A DNA stretch of 64,000 nucleotides, taken from positions 90,109 to 154,108 of the forward strand of contig CBDETK010000008.1 in assembly GCA_965242865.1 (NCBI GenBank). Reading direction: 5' to 3'. A program made the translations under genes and the position numbers. Position 1 is the first letter of the stretch, and each line of letters starts with the position of its first letter. Source of the stretch: Candidatus Latescibacterota bacterium (GTDB lineage Bacteria > Latescibacterota > UBA2968 > UBA8231). This document shows positions 8,617 through 17,435 of the stretch, piece by piece. The notes beneath the pieces are model-generated. The model was not told where the DNA came from and ran no database searches. It saw nothing but the letters and a program-made list of their open reading frames with translations.

Positions 8617-11028
8617 GTGCATCCTAATTCACCCTATAGGCGTGATCGACGCTGCCTGTTCGCATGGCGGTTTCGTGCGCTTGCAGCGTTGCTTGCCGCG
8701 TCCTCCGGCGGTATCGCTACGGGTCAAGACACGGTCGGAACCGCATCAGTTCGCGGAGTCGTGCAACGGCATGACGGCACTCCTGGCGCGGGCTTGCGAG
8801 TTTGTATCGCGGATACGAATCAATGCGCCGTCAGCGACGGGGAGGGGCGGTTCGGCACTCTTGACGCCCGCCCGGGGACCCGTCGGCTCGAAGTCCAACT
8901 GGAGCTGGGCGTCGTCCTGGCAACTCGCGAAGTCGAGACTCGCGCCGGCCTCACCAGCGAGGTGCAACTCGTGCTGCCGGAAGTTGGAGCGGTGGAGACT
9001 TCGATCACCGTGAATGCCTCCGCGGTGACCACGCCCGACGAGGTCGTCACCTCCGGCGTGCGCATCCGAAACCGGGAAATCGCGAAGGTGGCGGACGGGA
9101 TGCAAGATGTCTCGCGGTACGTGGCGACCCTACCCGGCGTCATGACGGGCTCGGCGGACTTCCGCAACGACATCATCGTTCGCGGTGGGAGCCCGTTGGA
9201 GAACTTGTTCATTGTCGACAACATCGAGATTCCGAACATCAATAGCTTCGCGAACCTAGCCTCCGCCGGGGGCACGTTCAGCCTGTTGGACGTGCAGTTG
9301 ATCGAGGACGTGACGTTCTTGACGGGAGGGTATCCGGCACCGTACGTCAACCGGCTCTCGAGCGTCATGCAGGTCACCCAGCGCGAGGGCAGCCGGGAGA
9401 AGTTCCGGGGACGCGCCACGCTGGCGTACGCCGGGGCCGGGGGAGTGCTGGAGGGTCCATGGGGCGGAGGGAACGGTTCGTGGATCGTGTCCGGCCGCCG
9501 GAGTTTCTTGGACCTGTTCGGCAACAATCTCGGCACGGGCGGCGTGCCGGTCTATTACTCGTTCACCGGCAAGGCCGTGCGGGACTTCGGCTCTCTGGAT
9601 CGGGTTTGGATCACCAGCATCACCGGCCTGGACACCGTCCGACTCGGTCCGTCCGACGATCTAGATCCCGCCGACGAGTTGAACACCGTCGATATCCGCT
9701 ACAGCGGATTTCGCAACGCGACGGGATTCAATTGGCAGCACATCTTCGGCTCGCGGGGCGTAGGCCTGCTGGGTCTGACCCATTCTCGGGCGAGGGTCGA
9801 TTCGACAGTCAAGGACCTTGTTCGGAACGGCCCGTTCGCGCCCGGCGCGGACATCGAGCAACGGCTCGCGGCCGGAGCGGTCGCCTTCCGGCAGGACGCG
9901 ACGGAAGACGAAACGACGCTGAAGTACGACTTGACGCTGCATGGGAACCGCTTCGGCGAGTTCCGCCTCGGCGCCACGCAGAAGCGCTTCGTGAACAACT
10001 ACATCACGCTCTCGCCGCTGGGCTACGACGGTCCCTACACGCGGGTTCCTGACATCAACCCGATCAACTTGCGGGAGCGCATCACGGCCGCGCAGTCCGG
10101 GGCGTACCTGCAGGGCACGCACTCCTTGGCTCCGCGGGTCCGCCTGACTCTCGGGGGGCGCTTCGATCGCTACGCGCATTTTGGGAAAGCGCATACGCGC
10201 TTCAGTCCGCGGGCCGCCCTCCGGGTGGGTCTCGGGGGCAACCTTTCATGGAACACGAGCTGGGGCCTGTACCACCAATTGCCCTTGTATCTCTTCATGA
10301 GCGCGTTCGAGTCGAATCGGGCGCTGCGGCCGGCGCGGTCGGAACATTGGGTTACCGGAATCAGCTGGATCCCGCGGCCCAGCCTGCGAGTGACTGTCGA
10401 GGGATACGCGAAGAACTACAAGGACTACCCGGCTTCGACCCAGTTCCCGCAGCTCTCCTTCGCCAACGTGGGCGACACCTTCAATGTCCGCGACATCCTG
10501 TATCCGATGTCGAGCGTCGGCAGGGGGAGATCCCGCGGGGTCGAATTCTTCGTCGAGAAGAAATCGGAACAGAACTGGTTCGGGCAACTGAACTTCGCTT
10601 ACTCGCGGACCTATCATGCCGGGCGCGATCACGTGTTTCGTCCTGGCGCGTTCGACCGTCCCTTCGCCTTCAACGCGGTTGGCGGCCGCCGACTCGCCGC
10701 CAACTGGGAACTCGCCATGCGCACCTCTTACCTGACCGGCAGGCCGTACACGCCGTTCCACGGGGAGTTGTCGCGGGCGCAGCAACGAGGCATCTTCGAT
10801 CTAGACCGAGTGAACGCGTTACGGCTTCCGGCCTTCTTCACGCTCGACCTGCGTGTCGACCGCATCTTCCGCGTCGGCGACCAGACAGCGGTGGTTTACG
10901 CGGGCCTGCAGAACGTGACCGGCCGCCAGAATCGGACGAGCCCATCCTGGAATCGCTTGACGAACGAGGCCGGGGCGAGTGACGCTTTCGGTCGCCTTCT
11001 GATCATGGGCATGGAATGGGCCTTCTGA
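8617..11028 (+). CDS. TonB-dependent receptor
   Basis: N-terminal carboxypeptidase-regulatory-like domain; plug motifs LPGV...IIVRGGSPLEN and GGYPAPY; beta-barrel ending in an aromatic residue (MEWAF). Confidence 0.92.
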   Translation: MHPNSPYRRDRRCLFAWRFRALAALLAASSGGIATGQDTVGTASVRGVVQRHDGTPGAGLRVCIADTNQCAVSDGEGRFGTLDARPGTRRLEVQLELGVVLATREVETRAGLTSEVQLVLPEVGAVETSITVNASAVTTPDEVVTSGVRIRNREIAKVADGMQDVSRYVATLPGVMTGSADFRNDIIVRGGSPLENLFIVDNIEIPNINSFANLASAGGTFSLLDVQLIEDVTFLTGGYPAPYVNRLSSVMQVTQREGSREKFRGRATLAYAGAGGVLEGPWGGGNGSWIVSGRRSFLDLFGNNLGTGGVPVYYSFTGKAVRDFGSLDRVWITSITGLDTVRLGPSDDLDPADELNTVDIRYSGFRNATGFNWQHIFGSRGVGLLGLTHSRARVDSTVKDLVRNGPFAPGADIEQRLAAGAVAFRQDATEDETTLKYDLTLHGNRFGEFRLGATQKRFVNNYITLSPLGYDGPYTRVPDINPINLRERITAAQSGAYLQGTHSLAPRVRLTLGGRFDRYAHFGKAHTRFSPRAALRVGLGGNLSWNTSWGLYHQLPLYLFMSAFESNRALRPARSEHWVTGISWIPRPSLRVTVEGYAKNYKDYPASTQFPQLSFANVGDTFNVRDILYPMSSVGRGRSRGVEFFVEKKSEQNWFGQLNFAYSRTYHAGRDHVFRPGAFDRPFAFNAVGGRRLAANWELAMRTSYLTGRPYTPFHGELSRAQQRGIFDLDRVNALRLPAFFTLDLRVDRIFRVGDQTAVVYAGLQNVTGRQNRTSPSWNRLTNEAGASDAFGRLLIMGMEWAF

Positions 11029-11234
11029 GGGGTGCGGTCGTCGCGAGCAGGGTAGTCGTCGCCGGGAACTGGCGGATGGGTGACGCGCTGTCAATTTCGG
11101 CCCGGTCCGGCTCGAACGCATGACGCAGTTCGAGCAATGTGAATCCGGCCGGCACTTCCCGGGATTCGTAGCCGACGAGTGTTCTAACCTTGGGGTAGAT
11201 CGAAGTGTTCCGCTGGGCCGGAACGAAGAGGACG

Positions 11235-12353
11235 GTGTCGGTGCATCCGGGCCCGTTCTTGCCAGGTGCAGGAGGGCTGCCGCCCTGTTTGGCCGGAAGG
11301 GAGCGAGAGCAAACCGAGATAGATGATTTTCTTGAAGCTATTCGCTCCGGGGTGCCGCCGCCATCGATGCTGATCCTTTACGGGCCACGCGGGAAAGGCA
11401 AGACCACGCTGCTGAACTGGACCAGTCGACAGGCTCTTGATCAAGGTATTCGATCTCTCCGATTAGAGGCCTCCGAGATCCTAACGGAGGACACGCCGGC
11501 CAAGCCTCAATTGCCGGATACTTGGTTGACTAAGATTTTCCAAGGCGTTTCTCGGCGCGGCTCAGGGGTTCGCTTGCGGAGGCCAGAAGCCAGCAACGTG
11601 ACAAAGGCATTGGCTCGCCTTGCGAAGAAGAGTCCGACGGTCATTCTCATTGACGAAGCTAACACTCTGGAAACGACCTTGGGTGCGCAACTGCTGCAAG
11701 CGGCTCAGACACTGGCTGGGGACGGCAAGCCATTCCTATTGGTACTCGCAGGTACTCCCGACTTGCCGAGCCGTCTGCGGAAGATGCGCGTGACTCTCTG
11801 GGATAGAAGCGCGATCTTCCCGCTGCAAAGGCTCGATGACCGTGCCTCGTCCGATGCCATTCAGATCCCATTCGAGAGGGCCGGTTACGGTATCGCTCCT
11901 GCAGCACTGGAGAGCATAGTCAGAGACAGCCGCGGATACCCTTACTTTCTGCAACTCTGGGGAAGGGCCCTATGGAGCCAAGTGCGCCACTCCGTCGGGC
12001 CGAGCAGGATGGAAGAGGTGAATCGAGTCCGCCCGCGAGTCGAAGAAACGAGAAACCGATTCTACTTGGAGCGGTATCAAGAGTTGAAGGACAGGGGACT
12101 GGTCGCCTCGGCCGTTGCCTTAGCCCAAGCGTACGAGGGTAGCGACAGCATGGATGACTACAGGGTCGACCAGGTGCTGAAGCGCGCTCTTGAGGCGGAT
12201 GGCCAGATGACCGGGTCGTCGGAGTTGATGCAGGTCCGCCCAGAGCTGCACGACCTCGGCTACATCTGGTCCCCGGGCGGAGCGAGGAAGAGCCTCTATA
12301 TCACCGGGATTCCAAGTCTGATGTCGTTCGTCGCAGATGGCGCCCACCACTAG
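11235..12353 (+). CDS. AAA-type P-loop ATPase (AAA_16-like)
   Basis: PF.PGAGGLPP.LAGRE N-terminus; Walker A GPRGKGKT; Walker B ILIDEA; GYPYFLQLWG. Probable GTG start at 11235 after GAAGAGGA. Confidence 0.85.
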   Translation: MSVHPGPFLPGAGGLPPCLAGREREQTEIDDFLEAIRSGVPPPSMLILYGPRGKGKTTLLNWTSRQALDQGIRSLRLEASEILTEDTPAKPQLPDTWLTKIFQGVSRRGSGVRLRRPEASNVTKALARLAKKSPTVILIDEANTLETTLGAQLLQAAQTLAGDGKPFLLVLAGTPDLPSRLRKMRVTLWDRSAIFPLQRLDDRASSDAIQIPFERAGYGIAPAALESIVRDSRGYPYFLQLWGRALWSQVRHSVGPSRMEEVNRVRPRVEETRNRFYLERYQELKDRGLVASAVALAQAYEGSDSMDDYRVDQVLKRALEADGQMTGSSELMQVRPELHDLGYIWSPGGARKSLYITGIPSLMSFVADGAHH

Positions 12354-12542
12354 CCGACTGCTATCCGGAACTTGACATCGAAGGCATCGCCCTCGGGATG
12401 ACCGCAGTGCTTGAAGCACGTTTGGCCGCTGGCACGTCACACCGACGGGTGCAGCTACCGGCACGGATCGCGCGACGAATGAATCGACTCGGTGGTGGTG
12501 CGCATGACGAGCTTAGGCCCTTCAATGTTCGGACGTTCACAC

Positions 12543-13660
12543 TAGGGCAGTCTCGCGGTCGAATGGCAGGACTGGACAGAACGGATCCGTTTGTGGCATT
12601 ACTGAGGGAGTGACTGACGAACCGATCCCGTTGCGTGAGGTGCGCGTGCGCGTGGTGCGGCCCGACGAGGAGCCGCGCTTCAACGCGCTGCTGCGGGAGC
12701 ACCACTACCTCGGCTTCCGGAAGTTCTGCGGGCGCCGCTTGCGGCACGTCGCGGTGCTCGGCGAACGCTGGCTGGCACTCCTCGGCTGGCACGCCGCGGC
12801 ATTGCACTGCGCGGCGCGCGAACGCTGGATCGGCTGGCACACCTTGCAGCGCCGCCAGCGTCTGTTCCTGATCGTCAACAATTCGCGCTTCCTCTTGCTG
12901 CCGGACGCCGCGGGCACTCCGCACCTCGCCTCGCGCGTGCTCGGCCTGAGCTTGCGCCGGCTACCCGGCGACTGGCTCGCCCGGCACGGCCACGCGATTC
13001 TCCTCGCAGAGACTTTCGTGGATCCCCAGCGCTTCGCCGGAACCTGCTATCGCGCTGCAAACTGGCTGGAGATCGGGCGCACGCTCGGCTATGGCCGCAC
13101 GCGCAGCGGACCGCTCGGCTACGTCGCGCACGGCCAACCCAAGCGCGTATTCGTGTATCCCTTGCGGCGAGATGCCCGGCACCAGCTGGCCGCGCCCGTG
13201 CCCCGGCCCGAGTGGCTCCCGTGGAGGCCCCGCATCCTGCTCACCACCGCGCAAATGCTCTCGCTGCGCGACTTCGTGCGGTCCCAGCCCGACTCGCGCG
13301 GGCGCCGCGGCCTGCGCTACCCGTGGCCCGCGCTGCTGACGATCGTGCTGGCCGCCCGCGTGGCGGGCGCGACCACTCTGACGGAGATGTCGCGCTTCGG
13401 ACGCGCCTTGGAGCAGTCCGTGCTGCAGGATCTCGGAATTCCCCGGCGAACGCAGACCGGGCGCTATCACGCCCCGGGCATCAGCACCTTGCACTACGCG
13501 CTCAAGGGGATCGACGTGGAGACCCTTGAAGACCTGCTGGCCGAGTGGACCCGCATCCAGGCTCCCGACGAAGAGCCGCTGGCCATCGATGGCACGTCCC
13601 TGCGCGGCTCCGACGAACATGACCTCTAAGGAGACCGGTGCGTGCATGCCCAGTCCCCTA
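12543..13660 (+). mobile_element. Partial ISAs1-family insertion sequence
   Basis: ISAs1-like left end TAGGGCAGTCTC at 12543 upstream of the truncated transposase; the right end was not confidently found. Confidence 0.55.
12610..13629 (+). pseudogene. Truncated DUF4338 (DruA-like domain)-ISAs1-family transposase
   Basis: HHYLG, NNSRFLLLP, LASRVL, LAETFVDP..GTCYRAANW (DUF4338), then PDSRGRRG.RY (H-repeat associated) and AIDGTSLRGS (first DDE Asp), with a stop right afterwards so the rest of the DDE core is missing. Confidence 0.85.
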
Positions 13661-14473
13661 GCAGCAGCTCTCGGCGGTCTGCATCCTGTCCGGCCTAGTG
13701 ACCTGCCAGCACGGTTCAATGAGACCATGCACTGACCAGCCTGTCGGCGGCACTGGCCTCCCCGGGGTTACCTGCGTCACCGGTTACGGCTATACCCGAC
13801 AGCTGAGAATTGTGTGCATCACGTGCGCGATACGGTGCGACGGGAAGTCGCACGCGGGTTTGTGCAAGCGGTTAGTCCCGCAGGTCTTGGCGGCGTTCGC
13901 CAACCCCCCTATTTCGGTGCTGCGCCTGCTGGGCAAGCAACCCTTGGCGAGGGGCATGTACAACTCCCGTCTGCGCCCGAACTGTGTCGTGGGGGTCCGG
14001 TTCGCGGTGCGTCCGGCCGCGCAAATCCGTCGCTGTGCTTGGCCGTGCCCCGACCGGAGCGGCTCTTCCCCTCGCGATGCAAGGCGCACGGGTCTCTCAA
14101 CATGCCCAGCAGACACCGGTCGGACTCGCCCTTCAATTCGCGTAGGTGCTTGCGTAGCCAAACGATTCTTGGCTTCGTCTAAACTATCTGGGATGGATGC
14201 AGAGGCGTCGATCCGCCACTAGTAGGATCAGTCCCTGCGAGAGACCAACTGAACCCACACGTTCGGTTCTCTCCGAGCGTCACTGGCGGAGGATACTCTC
14301 ATTGAGGAGCACGATGGATCGTACGACCACCCGTAGGTTGCCGGTCTCGATGCTGCCTAGCTTGCACTGGACTCATCTCCCGAGTCATCTACTGAAGTGG
14401 GGCAGGGGTAACGCCGGAAGGACAATTTCGTGGCGGTCCGGCTCAGCAATGTCGCCCACCGATGTGAGGGGTG

Positions 14474-14482
14474 TGCTATTCT
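14474..14482 (+). promoter_or_regulatory. Putative extended -10 element (TGc TATTCT) of cassette copy 1
   Basis: TGTGCTATTCT aligns with TGTGCTACACT in copy 2 (59324-59334, minus), about 205 and 208 bp from the respective ATGs. Confidence 0.45.
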
Positions 14483-14686
14483 GCTGTGGGTGTACGAATC
14501 CAATGACCACGCTAGGCCTAGGGCCCGGCGGAGATTCGCTGTTCTTGGCTCGCGGTAGCGTAACCTCGGGCCTTGACCGGGCTCTACCGCCGAGTGCGCC
14601 AAGGGCATGCTGCACCTCGGTCACCGTCTTTGCCCTCACGTCTCAAAACGGCGTTGCAGCGCAGTTCTCTTGGAAGGAGTCCTGCC

Positions 14687-15829
14687 ATGCCTAAAGGTTC
14701 CTTCTTGCAACTTCGTTTGGCAGGAGATCGTTTCTCTGACCATTCGGTACCGTTCGACACCTTGCTTGGAATCGCTCAGTTCAAAGCCCTGGTTGTAGAA
14801 GCATCGAGGCTCGAGTATCTCTAGCATCAGAAACACCGCAAACGGATCCCCCGTGGTTTTTCACAATCCATCGAGTTGAAACTCACTTCGATAGAGGCAG
14901 GGAGTGCCCAAGTGGGAATTGGTCTGGAACTATCGGGCACTCAATCGTTGATTGCCAATCAAGAGAGCTATTTCGCTCGGGGTCGTGATAGTTTGATTAG
15001 GACGATTCAAAAGGCAGGTAATGGGGAGAAATTGGAAGGCGTGAAAGTGTCTAGAAAGATGTCCAACGGTTTCGATTCGATTGCAGAGATTCTAGAAGAT
15101 GGCGAGGAACTTCACGTAATTCGTCCAAGTGGGACCGCCAATGAACACGAAAGGGCAGTGTTCACAAAGGAAATCGCCGCTAGACTACGAAATACGAGTG
15201 CTAACGATGATGCAGTTTCAGCGGATATTGAAACTTGTGGATATATCTCGGAGTTCAATCAAGAAAACAACACGTTTCGATTGCGATTGCATGACGGCAC
15301 GAAATTCAATCCATCTATCTCTGCAGAACTTCTAGAAACTGCGCTTGATGTATTCAATGGATATCGAAGAGGTCTGCAAGCTCATTTCCGGGGTACTAGC
15401 CTAAAGAATTCAGCTGGTCGTATTGTTGATGTCAATAAGATAACGCATTTACACATCATGGACGACCCACTGAACATAAGCCATCAACTGGACGACATCC
15501 GAAAACTGAGCAACGGATGGCTTGATGGCGAAGGAGCAGCTCCTTCACGCGATGGAATCAATTGGATTGAATCGAAGTTGCACAGGTATATTCCCAGCGA
15601 TTTCCCACCAATCTATTTGTATCCAACTGAGACCGGAGGAATTCTAATTGAATGGTCAATTGAGTCGAATGAAGCCAGTATCGAAGTCGACCTAGAATCA
15701 CGCATTGGCATTTGGCATGAATTGAATGTGCAGTCAGGTGAAGATGATGAGCGAGAGTTCAATCTTGATCAAGCCGCGAATTGGCAATGGGTAATCGATC
15801 ATGTGGACGGCTTGAGGCCAGTCACATGA
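14687..15829 (+). pseudogene. Antitoxin-like multidomain protein (copy 1) with in-frame TAG at 14822-14824
   Basis: MPKGSFLQLRLAGDRF...EYL*HQKHRKRIPRGF..LKLTS continues in the same frame into ORF 14876-15829 and is collinear with the intact paralogue 57956-59116. Confidence 0.8.
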
Positions 15830-16185
15830 AACACAATTCACTCCTGCATCGTCAGATTCATCCGAACTGGATTGCCGAGTGCCAGATCTCTTCACAAGCA
15901 TTCTTGCCTACAACTCAACACCGGGGTTGCCTCTCGGTGTATGATGGTGAAGGGATCACTGCTGGCGATGCGTACAAACACTACACAAGTCATGGTTACG
16001 CCTCGGTAGGGGTGCTATCGGTGACAGTTGACGAATGTAAGCAGCTTGATCTGTTCGTTCGAAACGATCCGTTGGAGTTCTCAGGACACCACGCAGTAAT
16101 CGACTTTGAGCCGATCAAAGGATCCCGGGCAAGAAGGCGGGTTGCGAAGCAACTCAGGGACATTGCGGCGGACCGAGGCTGTTAG
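15826..16185 (+). CDS. Small RES/ADP-ribosyltransferase-like toxin candidate (copy 1), 3' end clipped by a MITE
   Basis: ATGA overlap with the upstream gene; LHRQIHP..SSQAF..LSVYDG..SVGV..HAVIDF; paralogue of 57579-57959. Confidence 0.75.
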   Translation: MKHNSLLHRQIHPNWIAECQISSQAFLPTTQHRGCLSVYDGEGITAGDAYKHYTSHGYASVGVLSVTVDECKQLDLFVRNDPLEFSGHHAVIDFEPIKGSRARRRVAKQLRDIAADRGC

Positions 16186-16641
16186 CGCAATCTTTAAACG
16201 TCCGGTTCCTGCAATCCTTAAGTGTCCGCTTTTTCGAAGTAGCGGAGTAGCATGCCGGACCCCGTGCCACAAGGGCTGGGGCCAAGCCCACCGGCTGCAA
16301 GCAGCCGGTGGGCAGCGTTACGGCGAGCGCGCCGAGGTGCCTGGCAGGGCCGGGTACGCGTTGAGCGGCCGCGACCTGCTGTTGAATGTCTGTATGTCTT
16401 GTAGAACACTGGCTGGTTCGGCCGCAGCCAGCTTGAAGGCCGCTCCTGCAGAAAGGACTACGGGGGTGCCTCTGTCCTCCGCGCCGCGAGGCTTCCCTTG
16501 GGCCTGACGCGGCCCCGATGGAAGAAGCGGCCGCAGCGGTAGGGACAGCCCGGAGCCCGCCCGGCGAACCGGACATTTAAGGTTTGCCAAAAAGCGGACA
16601 TTTAAGGATTGCTCCGCCCCGTTCCGCTGGCTGGCTTGACA
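16180..16641. mobile_element. Non-autonomous MITE with ISNCY/IS1202-like ends (462 bp)
   Basis: TGT...ACA termini. Two subterminal GCAAxCyTTAArxGTCCG repeats at the left (16187-16208, 16211-16234) and two inverted copies at the right (16566-16587, 16589-16612). No transposase ORF. Confidence 0.75.
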
Positions 16642-16672
16642 GCGCATGCTCTGCGTCCTAGACTCTGAGACC

Positions 16673-17134
16673 GTGAGCGACAGCACCGAGACGGTTGATC
16701 ACGAAAACGACGCCCCCCTCACATCCATCCAGGTGGAGCGGGAGTTCGCGGCGCAGCCCCGCGCGGTCTTCGATGCTTGGGTAGTGTCGGAAACGGCCAG
16801 CCGCTGGCTCTTCAGCACGGAGACGAGCGTCATGACCTGCGAGATGGATCCGCGCCCGGGCGGCGCTTACAGGATCGAGCGGAGGGAGGGAGACGAGTCG
16901 TACGTCGCCCTGGGCGAGTACCGGGAAGTCAATCCGCCCCACCGCCTCGTATTCACGTTCGGCATGCCGCAGTTCGCGCCGGGCTTCGCTACGGTCACCG
17001 TCGAAGTCGAGCCTGCGGGCGCGGGAACCCGCATGCGACTGTCCCAAGACAGCGTGCCTCCTGAGCACAAAGACGCTATCCGAGAGGGCTGGTCAGCCAT
17101 GTTCGACCTGCTCGAGCGCGCGCTCGCCGAGTGA
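16673..17134 (+). CDS. SRPBCC/AHSA1-family protein
   Basis: VEREFAA..AVFDAW, DPRPGGAY, GEYREVNPPHRLVFTF, EGWSAMFDLL. Confidence 0.9.
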   Translation: MSDSTETVDHENDAPLTSIQVEREFAAQPRAVFDAWVVSETASRWLFSTETSVMTCEMDPRPGGAYRIERREGDESYVALGEYREVNPPHRLVFTFGMPQFAPGFATVTVEVEPAGAGTRMRLSQDSVPPEHKDAIREGWSAMFDLLERALAE

Positions 17135-17193
17135 CCCGCGGCGAAGGCGCCCAAGGCAGCTGGGCCGGAGCTGCGCTCCCGGGTTACGAACGG

Positions 17194-17270
17194 TGGTAGG
17201 CGCGCCAAGACTCGAACTTGGAACCCTCTGCTCCGAAGGCAGATGCTCTATCCAATTGAGCTACGCGCCC
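17194..17270 (-). tRNA. tRNA-Arg (anticodon UCG)
   Basis: Reverse complement GGGCGCG TA GCTC AATTGGATA GAGC A TCTGC CTTCGGA GCAGA GGGTT CCAAG TTCGAGT CTTGG CGCGCCT A CCA folds as a canonical cloverleaf with encoded CCA. Confidence 0.97.
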
Positions 17271-17435
17271 TCCCTCGTACCGTTCTCATGATACGCCGCT
17301 CCGAGCGGGCCGCTCGCTTCGAGTCAAGCGTCCACAACGGATTTCGGCGACGAATTGGCGGATTGCAGCGCGACGAGTCTGCCGCCCCTCGAATCGACAG
17401 TGCTCTCCATCGGTTGAGAGCTTCCGGTCCAAGCC

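Noticed and set aside
14822-14824. Pyrrolysine or other amber recoding at the in-frame TAG
   Set aside because: The paralogue has Arg here, no pyl genes are in view, and the partner gene is also damaged, so a nonsense mutation is simpler.
16187-16612. 24-bp repeats as a mini CRISPR array
   Set aside because: The repeats are adjacent without spacers and inverted between the two ends, as expected for transposon termini; no cas genes are present.
11200-17194. Genomic island integrated at the tRNA-Arg 3' end
   Set aside because: Accessory genes do lie downstream of the tRNA, but I found no integrase and no duplicated tRNA 3' end.
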